Positions 26,140-36,241 of a stretch of DNA of 64,000 bases are shown piece by piece. The DNA lies in IMG/VR virus record IMGVR_UViG_3300032053_000013, positions 32,001 to 96,000 of that record. One strand, written 5' to 3'. The stretch is from a virus. The notes beneath the pieces were generated by a model. It saw only the letters and a program-made list of their open reading frames with translations, was not told the DNA's origin and did no database searches. Both the position numbers and the translations under genes were made by a program. How positions within the stretch are numbered: position 1 is the first letter of the stretch; the number at the start of each line of letters is the position of its first letter.

Positions 26140-29100
26140 ATGGCAAATGGACTTCTTTACCTTGACACGACGACCTACAACGCGAGGCAGTCCCCGTTCG
26201 AGGTCTCGACAGGCCCGGACACCCTCACCATCCTCGCCGGAGACAAGCTCACCATCGCCGGAAGCCTCGACTTCAGCGCGGCGACCATGGTGGGAGTGCT
26301 CGACGAGACGAACGGCGGCACGGGGCAGTCCGCCCTCGCCACGGGCGACACCCTCTACGCCTCGGCGGCGAACACCTTCTCCAAGCTCGGCATCGGGAAC
26401 GCGGGGGACGTCCTGACCGTCGCTGGAGGGGTCCCTACGTGGCAGGCCACGGGTGCGGTCACCCTCCAGGGGGCCTACCAGGGGGGGAACACCATCACCG
26501 TCACGGCTGCGGAGGGAGTTCCCACCATCTCGAACGCGGCGGACGCCACGAACACCCTCTCGGTAGCCCGCACCTTCGCCGGGGGTGGGACCGGGGTTGA
26601 TCTCAGCATGGGCGCGGCCACGACCGGGGTCGGGTTCAACGTCCTTGCCGCCGGTTCCGGCGACGCAGCTTTCATCAACAATACGGGCACGGGTTCGGCC
26701 TTCACCGTTCAGGACGGCGGTGTGGACGTCGCGGACATCACCGCAGCCGGGGCTGTGACAATCACCCCGACGAGCGGCCAGACCGCCACGATCACTACGG
26801 CAGGAGCCGGAACGCTGGACTTCAACTCCGCCGCAGGGATCACGATCGACGGCGTGGGAGTTTCCATCGACAACGCCAACTCTTCCGCGAACTTCTCCAA
26901 CGCTACGAACGGGGCAGCGCAGGATCTCACGATCGGCCTGACCGGGGCGACGAACTCCAGCATCCTCCTGAACTCGACCGGAACCGGGGTGGACGCCATC
27001 GGGCTGACCACTTCGGCGGGAGGACTGGTCGCGAGCGTGAACGGAACCCTCACGGCGGACGCGGCCTCGCTCGACCTCGACGCTACGACCACGTCCCACT
27101 TCACCGTCACGGGGGCGGCTGCGGACGCGACGGTCTCCAGCGTGGGAGGCTCGGTGAACATGACGGCCTCTGAGGCCGCCGCCGATGCCATCAACATCAC
27201 CGCTTCGGCAGGGGCGGGCGGAATCACCGCGTCCTCCGGGACAGGAGGCATCACCGAAACCACCACCGGAACGATGGACCTCAATTCGGGGCCGTTCACC
27301 CTGGACGGTACGACGGGCAGCATCGACTTCACGGACACAGCAAACGTGACCGTCACGGGAGCCAGCAAGGATCTGACCGTCGCCAGCACCGGTGGGTCGG
27401 TGAATGTGACGGCTACCGAAGCCGCTGCCGACGCGATCAACATCACGGCCTCGGCGGGGGCCGGGGGGATCACGGCGTCCTCCGGGACGGGGGGCATCAC
27501 CGAAACCACCACCGGAACGATGGACCTCAATTCGGGGCCGTTCACCTTGGACGGATCTACGGTCAGCATCGACGGAACGGATGCTGTCAACGTCACCGCC
27601 ACGGGAGCGAGCAAGGACGTGACGGTCAATAGCGCGGGCGGATCGGTCAACATCACCGCGACCGAGAACGCCGTCGATGCCATCAAGATCCAATCGACGG
27701 TCGGGGGAACGGAGATCAACTCCGCTGGTCTGTTGAGCATGGATGCCGGGGCCAGCGCGGACATCGACGTCACCGGAAGCACCACGATGACCTCCACCGT
27801 GGCGACCACGATCGAGGCGGTGGGGGGGAACCTTACCCTCGACAACCAGTTCGCTACCGGCAAGGTCATCCTCATGACGGGCACGAACACGGCGGCGACC
27901 GCCGTGGAGATCAAGAGCGACAACGGAACGGTTCAGGCCTCAGTCGATGGCACCGGGCAGGCCGACTTCAACGGCAACCTCGACGCCAACGCGGGTCTTG
28001 ACGTCTCGGGGGGCAACCTTACCCTCGACAGCAATGACATCATCGTCAATACGAACAAGTTCAAGGTTGATGGGGCCACGGGGGACACCTTGGTCGCCGG
28101 GAACCTGACGGTGCAGGGAACCATCACCGGCATCCAGACCGTGGACATGATCATCAAGGATAACTTCATCCAGGAGAACGTCGGATACACTACGGCAGTA
28201 GCCTTGACCGGCGGTCTTGTAACCAACTACCTCCCCACGGCGACGGCCACTACCACGAACGGGGCGTTCATCGCCGGGTACGGGGGTGGATCCCCCGCCG
28301 ATGCACAGGTCACGACGACCGGCTCGGGCACGTTCGCCTTGGGCGATATCATCCAGATCTCCGGTTCGACCGACGGCCTCAACGACGGCTTCTTCGAGGT
28401 GTACTCCCACGGTGGAACCAACCTCTTGATCCGCACTGTTCCGGGAGCCCATGCGACCGTCGAGCCCTTCACGCGCACTCAGTTCATCGCGATGCCGGCG
28501 CCTTCGCCCGCCGCCTCGATCACCAAGGTCACGGTCTCGGTCATCCGTGCCGGGACGGATGGGATCTGGGAGACCGGAAAGGGTGCGGTTACAGGGATCA
28601 CCTACTCCGATCTTGCTACCGGCACCACGGTGACCTTGCAACAGGCGTACGACAACGGGAACACCATTACTCTCACGAACGCCGATGGTAACCTGGCGAT
28701 CACGACGACCTCCGCCGGGGGCGGGGCCGACCTTACGGTGGCCTCTGCGGCGGGAAGCTTCCTCGCAACGAACACGGGAGCCGCCAAGATGGACCTGGGC
28801 GCGGCGGCGAACACGGTGAACCTCAACGGTCCTCTCACGGCCACGGGGAATCAGACCATCAACCTCGGCAGCGGCCAGTTGACTACCGCCGGGAACATGG
28901 ACGTGAGCAACGGGATCGACATGACCGGCGGGGTGGGCCTGACCCTCAGCGGGGCCGGGACGGACCTGTTCGCCGCCGACAGCACCGCGATCAAGCTCGG
29001 AAACACGGCTGTCGCACCGGATGCGACCATCGGATCCGACGGGACGGACATGGTCACCACGATGGCGGCTACGGCGAACTGCGTGGTGAAGACGGGCGAC

Positions 29101-29640
29101 GCCGCCGGGGCCAAGTCGTTCATCGTCGCGGACAGCGGGGCGGTTCCGCAGATGACCGTCACCTCGGACGGCGACCTGACGATCACGGGGACCGCGACGA
29201 TTCCCACGGGGGAATCGCTCAAGGTCGGGGACGTCTTCCTGAACGAGTACGGGTCGGGCATGCAGGGGAAGAACACCAGCCTCGTGCCCATCGTCGCCGG
29301 GGACACGGTGAAGTTCAACGGCTCGGGGAATTTCGAGATCTCGGGAACCCCCGGCCTTACGGGCATGAGCGACATCCCGGTCGGCGTGGCCGCCGTGAAC
29401 ATCGGGGTCGGGTTGTGGGGCAACGTCTACTTCAGCGGGCCTGCGGTGCCCGTCAAGGACAACAGCGCCGGAGGCTTGCTCGCCGGTGGGTTCGCAATCT
29501 TCGACACGGCGGGAGGCGTCAAGAACATCGCGGCTGGGGCCGCCGCAGGGAAGGAACTCGTCTACGGTGGGGCGTGCTCGAAGATCGCCGGGGGAATGGC
29601 GTACATCTCCCTCGTCATCCAGAAGATCGCCAAGGTGTAA
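26140..29640 (+). CDS. Long tail fibre/adhesin (1166 aa) with internal repeats
   Basis: T/G/A/S-rich beta repeats; GGTGQSALATGDTLYAS fibre motif; two TLQ.AY..GN motifs. Confidence 0.75.
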   Translation: MANGLLYLDTTTYNARQSPFEVSTGPDTLTILAGDKLTIAGSLDFSAATMVGVLDETNGGTGQSALATGDTLYASAANTFSKLGIGNAGDVLTVAGGVPTWQATGAVTLQGAYQGGNTITVTAAEGVPTISNAADATNTLSVARTFAGGGTGVDLSMGAATTGVGFNVLAAGSGDAAFINNTGTGSAFTVQDGGVDVADITAAGAVTITPTSGQTATITTAGAGTLDFNSAAGITIDGVGVSIDNANSSANFSNATNGAAQDLTIGLTGATNSSILLNSTGTGVDAIGLTTSAGGLVASVNGTLTADAASLDLDATTTSHFTVTGAAADATVSSVGGSVNMTASEAAADAINITASAGAGGITASSGTGGITETTTGTMDLNSGPFTLDGTTGSIDFTDTANVTVTGASKDLTVASTGGSVNVTATEAAADAINITASAGAGGITASSGTGGITETTTGTMDLNSGPFTLDGSTVSIDGTDAVNVTATGASKDVTVNSAGGSVNITATENAVDAIKIQSTVGGTEINSAGLLSMDAGASADIDVTGSTTMTSTVATTIEAVGGNLTLDNQFATGKVILMTGTNTAATAVEIKSDNGTVQASVDGTGQADFNGNLDANAGLDVSGGNLTLDSNDIIVNTNKFKVDGATGDTLVAGNLTVQGTITGIQTVDMIIKDNFIQENVGYTTAVALTGGLVTNYLPTATATTTNGAFIAGYGGGSPADAQVTTTGSGTFALGDIIQISGSTDGLNDGFFEVYSHGGTNLLIRTVPGAHATVEPFTRTQFIAMPAPSPAASITKVTVSVIRAGTDGIWETGKGAVTGITYSDLATGTTVTLQQAYDNGNTITLTNADGNLAITTTSAGGGADLTVASAAGSFLATNTGAAKMDLGAAANTVNLNGPLTATGNQTINLGSGQLTTAGNMDVSNGIDMTGGVGLTLSGAGTDLFAADSTAIKLGNTAVAPDATIGSDGTDMVTTMAATANCVVKTGDAAGAKSFIVADSGAVPQMTVTSDGDLTITGTATIPTGESLKVGDVFLNEYGSGMQGKNTSLVPIVAGDTVKFNGSGNFEISGTPGLTGMSDIPVGVAAVNIGVGLWGNVYFSGPAVPVKDNSAGGLLAGGFAIFDTAGGVKNIAAGAAAGKELVYGGACSKIAGGMAYISLVIQKIAKV
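27145..27750 (+). repeat. Tandem 246-bp (82-aa) repeats in the fibre gene
   Basis: Units start at 27145, 27391 and 27637 (third partial); units 1 and 2 share an identical ~50-bp core. Confidence 0.9.
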
Positions 29641-29660
29641 CAAGATACGGACCAGAGGCC

Positions 29661-29683
29661 GGGGGCTCGGTGAGCCCCCCTTT
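29661..29683 (+). terminator. Possible terminator after fibre gene
   Basis: GGGGGCTC-GGT-GAGCCCCC stem, short T run. Confidence 0.4.
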
Positions 29684-29697
29684 CGGAGGACGGGTGA

Positions 29698-30231
29698 ATG
29701 TCCAAGCACACGAAGATGGCAAGGGCGGCGGTGCCGCCGCCGCAGTCCAGGGGAGTGGGTCCGAGGCTGGTTCCGCCGGGGACGGCTCCGGTGGCGGTGC
29801 GCCAGGAGATCGGGGAGATGGACGCGCTCAAGTACCGGCTCGCGATCCAGAAGGACAACAATCTCAAGGAGAAGCTGAAGAACATCGAGGGGCAGAAGGC
29901 CCTTCTCGCCAAGGAAGAGGAGAACATCAAGCTGCGGATCGACCTTACCCGGATGGAGAACCGCAGGGACATCGGGCACCTGGACATCGGGCAGGGCGAT
30001 CAGCTGGCGGACGAGAACGGGAGGTTCTACATCCTCCGCGCCCCGAGGCAGGGGTCGCTCCCCACGATCAAGATCCCGCCCAAGGCGGGGCCGACAGCGC
30101 CGGAGCCTCCTGCCGCGCCCCCGGCGGAGGTGCCCCCGGCGAATCCCGAGGGGGAGGAGGAAGAGGAGGGGGAAGAGGAGGACGGGGCCACGGAGGGGAG
30201 AGGCACGGAAGCCCCCCCGGAGAAAGAGTGA
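29698..30231 (+). CDS. Coiled-coil hypothetical protein with acidic tail
   Basis: 177 aa, heptads followed by an E-rich tail. Confidence 0.65.
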   Translation: MSKHTKMARAAVPPPQSRGVGPRLVPPGTAPVAVRQEIGEMDALKYRLAIQKDNNLKEKLKNIEGQKALLAKEEENIKLRIDLTRMENRRDIGHLDIGQGDQLADENGRFYILRAPRQGSLPTIKIPPKAGPTAPEPPAAPPAEVPPANPEGEEEEEGEEEDGATEGRGTEAPPEKE

Positions 30232-30242
30232 ACGCGGCAACC

Positions 30243-30292
30243 AGACCGGAGGGCGTTCTCCATTCAGGGGGACGCCCCCGGTCTTTTTCATT
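30243..30292 (+). terminator. Intrinsic terminator
   Basis: AGACCGG-A-GGGCGTTCTCC...GGGGGACGCCC-CCGGTCT followed by TTTTCATT. Confidence 0.75.
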
Positions 30293-30305
30293 CCAGGGGT
30301 GACGT

Positions 30306-32522
30306 ATGGGTGTCGCCCTCAGCGCAGGCTACAGCCTTGAACAAAAAGGGAACCTCGCCGGTAACAGGTTCTCAGGCACGGAGTATTTCACCAGCCTTGA
30401 CGCCTCCACCAGCGTGACGGTCGGGACACTCGTTCTTACTAACACCAGGGTCAACCCTGGGGTGCAGGGCACCCTCGACATCGGCACGACGAGCGTCATG
30501 CCCACGGGGATCGGCGGAAACAGCATCACCATCACTGGGCAATCCGGAGGCCCTTCCGCCAATCCAATCGGGGCGGGCAGGGGCGGAGGAACCACGCTGA
30601 AGGGGGGGACGGGGGGTCTGGGAGATGCGGTACAACTGGGGGGCGATGGAGGTGACGCCTACATAGAGGGTGGAATCGCCGGGGGGAGCGGAGGAGCGGG
30701 GGTGGGGACCAAGGGCAAGGTCTACCTCGGGCAGAACGACACCTTGTCGATCGTCGTGGGGACGGACGTCCTGCCTTCGGGATCCTCCCTGGACATCGGC
30801 AGCTCCGCCAGCCCGTTCGACTATGGCTACTTCAACGACGTGAGGATGACGGGGGCAAGCGGGTCGGATCTCCTTTGGGTCACGAACGGGGGAGGTGACA
30901 TCGGGGCGGCAGGCCCAGCCAACGCTCCGGCCAACATCTACGCCACGACCTTGATGAAGGTCGGAGCGTCCACCGCCCTGAAGTCCGACCGCCTCTCTAT
31001 CACCGGGGCGGCGGGAGACCCCGGGTCTCAAGTGGCAGGGGACTTCTGGTACAACACCACATCCAAGAAGCTCAAATACTACGACGGGACCACGGCGTAT
31101 GAGTTGGCGACGTCGTCGGCGGCGTCGAACTCGACCCTCGTGGACCTCGCGACCGCGACCGCCGCCAGCCTCACAACGGCCCTCTCGAACTACTCCATCG
31201 TCTATGTGAAGGGGACCAGCGGTTCGGACATGACGGCGGACGTGACGATCCCCGCCGGGAGATGGATCATAGGGGTCGAGACAGCCCTCCCCGAGATGAA
31301 GTTCGACGCGAGCCATAAGCTGATCGTGAACGGGTACCTCTACAACGTCCAGGTGACGGGTGCCTATAGCTCCAGGAGCCAGCATGTCATTACCACGGAC
31401 GGCGGAGGGATCCTGGAGGACGTCAGGGCCTACACCGCAGGGAACCTGGCGTCGGCGTCCTACTACGGGATCTACGGGGCCTTCCTGCGGATCAACAACT
31501 GCCAGGTTTACAACCTGAACGGCGTGTACCTGTCGAACTATGGGACCTACACCAGGGGAAACCAGAGCATCACGAACGTCTACTGCAACGGGACGGCTGG
31601 GGGATTCTCTACGCAGGGGATCTACCTCGGGGGGTCATACTGCTACGCGGCCAACCTTTACGCGACGAACTACACGACCGGAATCACTGCTGCGGGCTCT
31701 ACCAGCACGTACACCAATCTCAACTCGTACGCATGCAAGTCCGGCGGGGTCGGGGTGAACCTTGGCTGCTCCTACTCCCACGTCTTCGGGGTCTACAGTA
31801 ATTCGGACGTCGGGACGTATGGAGTGTACATGGGCGCGTACTCCATGACCGTCAAGGATGTCGTGGTGGTCGGCTGCACGGGGATCGGCGTCTACTCGGC
31901 GACCTTGTACGAGTGCGTCATCGACGGCATCTCGGTGAAGAACAACACCGGGGTCTCGATCTACTTCACCGGCTCGGGCGGGACCATCTACAGGAGCGTG
32001 TTCTCCAACTTCACGGTCTACAACGGGACGAACATCGGACTTCTTTACAACGCGATCTACGAATGCAATCTCACGAACGTGAGGGTCTACTACTGCCGTG
32101 GGACGAACATCGACGGGATCGAGTTCGTGGTCTACGGTGGGGCCGTCTCGAACATTGCGGTGTACGACTGCTCCCGTTATGGCATGAGAATCAACGGGTG
32201 CTCTCAGGTCTCATTCTCCTCGCTGGAGGCCCAGGCGAACGACAACATCGGGGTCTACTTCGTTAGGGGAAACTGCTATTCCGCTTCCAGCATCATGTCG
32301 TACGGGAACGGGGGAGCGGGGGTCTATATCGACGGGACGAGCTGCTACGCGGTGGAGATCGGGGACATCTCTGCGGCTTACAATACAGGATATGGGGTCC
32401 AGGAGGCGGGCAACGCGACCGACGGATGCCAGATCTGCGGTCTGTCGGGACGCAGCAACACGTCGGGAAGGGATAACGTCCCAGGGGCTAACTGGGCCAT
32501 CTCCAATAACACCGGGAGCTGA
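30306..32522 (+). CDS. Tailspike-like right-handed beta-helix protein
   Basis: Gly-rich N-terminus, GDFWYNTTSKKLKYYDG, then N/Y/G/C-rich parallel beta-helix repeats; lower GC. Confidence 0.8.
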   Translation: MGVALSAGYSLEQKGNLAGNRFSGTEYFTSLDASTSVTVGTLVLTNTRVNPGVQGTLDIGTTSVMPTGIGGNSITITGQSGGPSANPIGAGRGGGTTLKGGTGGLGDAVQLGGDGGDAYIEGGIAGGSGGAGVGTKGKVYLGQNDTLSIVVGTDVLPSGSSLDIGSSASPFDYGYFNDVRMTGASGSDLLWVTNGGGDIGAAGPANAPANIYATTLMKVGASTALKSDRLSITGAAGDPGSQVAGDFWYNTTSKKLKYYDGTTAYELATSSAASNSTLVDLATATAASLTTALSNYSIVYVKGTSGSDMTADVTIPAGRWIIGVETALPEMKFDASHKLIVNGYLYNVQVTGAYSSRSQHVITTDGGGILEDVRAYTAGNLASASYYGIYGAFLRINNCQVYNLNGVYLSNYGTYTRGNQSITNVYCNGTAGGFSTQGIYLGGSYCYAANLYATNYTTGITAAGSTSTYTNLNSYACKSGGVGVNLGCSYSHVFGVYSNSDVGTYGVYMGAYSMTVKDVVVVGCTGIGVYSATLYECVIDGISVKNNTGVSIYFTGSGGTIYRSVFSNFTVYNGTNIGLLYNAIYECNLTNVRVYYCRGTNIDGIEFVVYGGAVSNIAVYDCSRYGMRINGCSQVSFSSLEAQANDNIGVYFVRGNCYSASSIMSYGNGGAGVYIDGTSCYAVEIGDISAAYNTGYGVQEAGNATDGCQICGLSGRSNTSGRDNVPGANWAISNNTGS

Positions 32523-33004
32523 TGATGAATAGATACCTTGTTGTCTACGACACCACGACGGGGGAGATCCTGCGGGCCAGCCCCAGGCCGAACACGTTCA
32601 CGACCGTCGTCTCGGGGAACGGAACCCTGGACGGCGACTCCCTCGTCGGGACGGACTTCTCCGGGGTCGCCACGGGGGATATGGTGGTCATGCAGACAGC
32701 GATCAGAGAAGTCCGCTGCGGCGTGGCCGAGGTCGTCTCGGGAACCGAGCTGCGGCTCGGACGGGTCTTCCAGGACCAGGACGCAGGCAGCGTATCTTTC
32801 ACGGTCAAGCGAGTGGGAGATCCGGTGTCAGCTACGAACGAGGAGAAGGCCACGGCCATCAATGATGTAAAGGCCGAGGTCGGTCACCAGAACGTGGACG
32901 CCATGAAGGTGAAGACGAGGCAGAGCATCTCGGCTAATAGCCATCATGTTGATCTTGGCGATGGGAATAAGGTGAAGAAGGTCGAAGAAGTGGCATACGA
33001 GTAG
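32522..33004 (+). CDS. Small fibre chaperone-like protein
   Basis: YLVVYDTTTGEIL N-terminus; translationally coupled to the spike gene. Confidence 0.5.
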   Translation: MMNRYLVVYDTTTGEILRASPRPNTFTTVVSGNGTLDGDSLVGTDFSGVATGDMVVMQTAIREVRCGVAEVVSGTELRLGRVFQDQDAGSVSFTVKRVGDPVSATNEEKATAINDVKAEVGHQNVDAMKVKTRQSISANSHHVDLGDGNKVKKVEEVAYE

Positions 33005-33009
33005 GGAAG

Positions 33010-33627
33010 ATGGAAGATCCGAATTCCAAGCCGAAGTCCGTCGAGGAGCGGACTGCCGAGATCCTCATGGGGCCTCCGAAGGAGGTCTACGACGCCGCCA
33101 AGAACGTGAAGGGGCGGTGGAGGGACATCGTCACCCGCAAGCGGCCCGACGGCACGGAGGAGGTGGTCGAGGAGACGCCCTGGAGCAGCAACATGATCGT
33201 CCAGGGGATGTCGGTCGCCCTCGCCGCCCTGATGAAGGGCGACCCGAACTTCGCCGGGGGGATCAGGTACCACGCGGTCGGGCGCGGGCTCGCGGCGTGG
33301 GACCCCCTCCCGACGCCCCCGACGCCGCTGGCCTCCGACGTCTCCCTGGTGGACGAGTACTTCAGGAAGGCGCCGACCGCCATCTCCTATCTGGACCCTC
33401 TGGGCGTCCCGGTGCCGGGGCCCACGAAGTCCATCCTGGTGCAGACGGTCCTCGACTACACCGAGGCGAACGGGATGGCCGGGGAGTACATCCGGGAGCA
33501 GGGGATCTTCTGCGGGCAGGCGACGGCGGTCCTGAACTCAGGGACCATGGTGAACCTGATATACCACGTCGCGAAGTGGAAGAACAACAAGGTCAAGATC
33601 ACCAGGTACATCAACTTCATCTTCTGA
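33010..33627 (+). CDS. Tail-collar/fibre attachment-like protein
   Basis: NMIV.G, YHAVGRG, LVDEYFRK, DYTEANG..IREQGIF pattern. Confidence 0.55.
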   Translation: MEDPNSKPKSVEERTAEILMGPPKEVYDAAKNVKGRWRDIVTRKRPDGTEEVVEETPWSSNMIVQGMSVALAALMKGDPNFAGGIRYHAVGRGLAAWDPLPTPPTPLASDVSLVDEYFRKAPTAISYLDPLGVPVPGPTKSILVQTVLDYTEANGMAGEYIREQGIFCGQATAVLNSGTMVNLIYHVAKWKNNKVKITRYINFIF

Positions 33628-33630
33628 TTG

Positions 33631-33647
33631 GCGCACACGGTGTGCGC
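33631..33647. promoter_or_regulatory. Palindrome variant GCGCACA-CGG-TGTGCGC
   Basis: Intergenic; symmetric substitutions relative to the 14740 site. Confidence 0.55.
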
Positions 33648-33666
33648 GTGAGGGGCGGAGGTTCCG

Positions 33667-36231
33667 ATGGGAGCGAGCACGGCGATCATCACGAGACGCA
33701 TGTTCTCGGAGGTGAAACGCTACGTCCAGACCGTCCTGCAAGCCGGGGTCCCCCTGGTCGACGCGGACTACAACGACCAGATGGACTCCAACTTCACCCA
33801 GCTCCGCAGGATCATCCAGTCCTGCCTGGGGGACGGGGCGCTCGGCGACGCCTTCCTGGTCAGCCAGAACCTCCCGAACCTGGTGAACGAGTTCCTGATC
33901 AACGGCGGGGACACGCTCGCCTCGGTCGCCCTCACGGTGAAGGCCGACAAGACGGTGGTCCTCCCGCAGCCCGGCCCGGAGGGGATGTTCAACAAGGGCC
34001 ACCACGCGCAGCTCTGGGCGGACGAGACGTTCATGTCCGGCGGCCAGACGGCCCCGGTCTCCACCTCCCTCATCCAGACGGTCCTCCCGAGCGACACGCT
34101 CGTGGACACGGCGGCGAACTTCACCCCCGGAGCGCTGGTGGGCAGGGTCCTGACGCCGGACCTGGCGGTGCCAGCGAACGCATACGCGGTCGTCGCCAAC
34201 GGGGCGAACACGATCCAGGTGGGCGTCTCGATGGTTGCGGCGGCCGGGGCGCAGTACCGGGTCGGCCTGACCACGCCCGGCGCGGCCAGGAAGGACCTGG
34301 TCTACCTCGACTGCTACCTCGACGAGACCAACTCGACGGAGGACGCGGACCTCAAGCACACGATCGACTCGATGACGATCGAGGCGATGCTGCGCTGGAA
34401 GCTGGTCCAGACGGTGAAGGTGGAGGAGGGGGTTGCCCTCCCCTACGCCATGCCCTCCGGGTGGACGGACACGGACGGGAACCCTCACGTGGTCGTGCCC
34501 CTGGCCCTGATCGAGCGCCCGGCGGGGAACCCGACCGTCACGGACGCGATGATAACGGACCTCCGCAGGAAGCTCTTCCGGCTGGACGAGATCGACGACC
34601 GCTTCGTGAACGTGACCGGGGACACCATGACGGGCGTCCTGGCCATGCAGGCGAACATCACGGTGGCCCTCGGGAGGAAGGTGCTGGGGACCTGCATCAT
34701 CGACGCCAACGCCCTCTGCGAGGACACGGTCGCCCAGAGGCACATGAAGCGGAGCTCCCACCTCCTCGACGCGGTGGACAACGTCCCGACGTGGAGCGAG
34801 GTGAACGACCCGGCGGACCCGAACCACTTCAAGGTCCACGACAACCGGTACTACACCAAGTCCATCCTCGACGCCATGCTCGGGGCGAACCTGATCTCCA
34901 ACGGGATGTTCATGGACGGGCTGGACGGGTGGGAGAACCTCGCGCCCCTGCCCCTCTACGGGTACCCGCAGCTGGAGGCGTCGAGGGCGATCGTGGCCAT
35001 GAGCCTGTGCGGGGCGACCTGCGAGGGCGGGTTCTGCTCCTGCCGGTCCCTCCAGCTCTACGTGCCGCCGTCGAACCGGGCGTGCGTGATCTGCGTCACG
35101 AGGCAGGAGGTGTGCGGGGGGATCACCTGCGGCGGGGAGTTCCTCCTCATCATGACCCTCTGCGTGACCAAGGGCGAGGAGGCGGTGATCCCCTTCCTGG
35201 TGTTCGACCTCTACTCCTCCTGCCAGTACGTGGGGACGAAGAGGTACGCGATGTGGGAGCCCGGGCTGGACGACCCGGAGAAGCCGGGGATCACGGTGCA
35301 GGACGGCTTCATCAGGATGGAGAAGAAGGTCGAGTGGCCGAAGTGCATCGACAACGCGGTGGTGACGGTGTGCTTTGAGATCGTCCCGCTCCACGAGCTC
35401 CCGCCCGTCCCGCCCGAGCCGCCAGCCTGCGACGTGTGCCGCCAGGGGCCCCAGATCACGGAGGGGACGGGGGCGCTGTGGGCCTGCATCGAGAGCCCGG
35501 TGCAGATCACCCCGTTCGCGATGTGCCGGTACTTCCCGGCCCCCGTCCCGGTGGTGGACGCCGTCTCCTTCGACGTGCAGTCCAACCGCCCGGGGGCCCT
35601 GCTCCGCACGATGCTGATGGACTCGGAAGGGAAGAGGGCGTACCACGACGACGTCCCGACCGGGGGCGTCGACTCCTTCCTCGTCACGGCGGCCAGCTTC
35701 CAGATCCCGGACGGGTCCTTCAACTGGCAGAGCGTCGTCTCGTGGTGCCTGTACTGGGGGGACCCCCAGCCGTACGACGAGTACGTCACGGACAACTGGA
35801 AGATCGACAACCAGTTGCTCAGAGACCGGATTGACATCCCGAACGTGGGGAGCTGGGACGACCTCGAGTACCTGTTCCTGAACCAGCTCGCCGGGTGCGG
35901 CTACCAGGCCGAGCCCGACGCCCCCCGTGGTATCATGGCCCCGGAGGGGTCGAGGCAGGCGAGGCAGCCGGAGCCCGACCCGAACCCCCTGTCCCCGGCG
36001 TGCGAGGTTGGGCCGGAGGCCTTCGAGGTCTCGGTCTGCGCGGTGCAGATGCGCCGGATCAGCGGGCCGGAGGGCGAGATCGACCCCGGCATCGGGTGCA
36101 AGACGAACAAGATCCCTGTCATCACCACGGTCGAGTTGGATGGGACGGTGAACTTCACGACCGCCCATAACCAGGTGGCGACCGTGGTGGAGGTCCTCGA
36201 AGAGGAGTGCTCAGAGCCTCCCCCGCAGTGA
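33667..36231 (+). CDS. DUF6519-like tail protein with Cys-rich CBM-like C-terminal domains
   Basis: FSEVKRY..TVLQAGVPLVDADYNDQ N-terminus resembles DUF6519; FVNVTGDTMTG fibre motif. Confidence 0.7.
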   Translation: MGASTAIITRRMFSEVKRYVQTVLQAGVPLVDADYNDQMDSNFTQLRRIIQSCLGDGALGDAFLVSQNLPNLVNEFLINGGDTLASVALTVKADKTVVLPQPGPEGMFNKGHHAQLWADETFMSGGQTAPVSTSLIQTVLPSDTLVDTAANFTPGALVGRVLTPDLAVPANAYAVVANGANTIQVGVSMVAAAGAQYRVGLTTPGAARKDLVYLDCYLDETNSTEDADLKHTIDSMTIEAMLRWKLVQTVKVEEGVALPYAMPSGWTDTDGNPHVVVPLALIERPAGNPTVTDAMITDLRRKLFRLDEIDDRFVNVTGDTMTGVLAMQANITVALGRKVLGTCIIDANALCEDTVAQRHMKRSSHLLDAVDNVPTWSEVNDPADPNHFKVHDNRYYTKSILDAMLGANLISNGMFMDGLDGWENLAPLPLYGYPQLEASRAIVAMSLCGATCEGGFCSCRSLQLYVPPSNRACVICVTRQEVCGGITCGGEFLLIMTLCVTKGEEAVIPFLVFDLYSSCQYVGTKRYAMWEPGLDDPEKPGITVQDGFIRMEKKVEWPKCIDNAVVTVCFEIVPLHELPPVPPEPPACDVCRQGPQITEGTGALWACIESPVQITPFAMCRYFPAPVPVVDAVSFDVQSNRPGALLRTMLMDSEGKRAYHDDVPTGGVDSFLVTAASFQIPDGSFNWQSVVSWCLYWGDPQPYDEYVTDNWKIDNQLLRDRIDIPNVGSWDDLEYLFLNQLAGCGYQAEPDAPRGIMAPEGSRQARQPEPDPNPLSPACEVGPEAFEVSVCAVQMRRISGPEGEIDPGIGCKTNKIPVITTVELDGTVNFTTAHNQVATVVEVLEEECSEPPPQ

Positions 36232-36241
36232 GAGGTGGAAG

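Noticed and set aside
27145-27640. Diversity-generating retroelement TR/VR pair
   Set aside because: The repeats are tandem and in frame, differences are not adenine-specific, and no reverse transcriptase is in the window.
20459-33670. Identical CGGAGGTTCCGATG at the starts of 20472 and 33667
   Set aside because: Mostly explained by shared SD plus start codon; only two copies.
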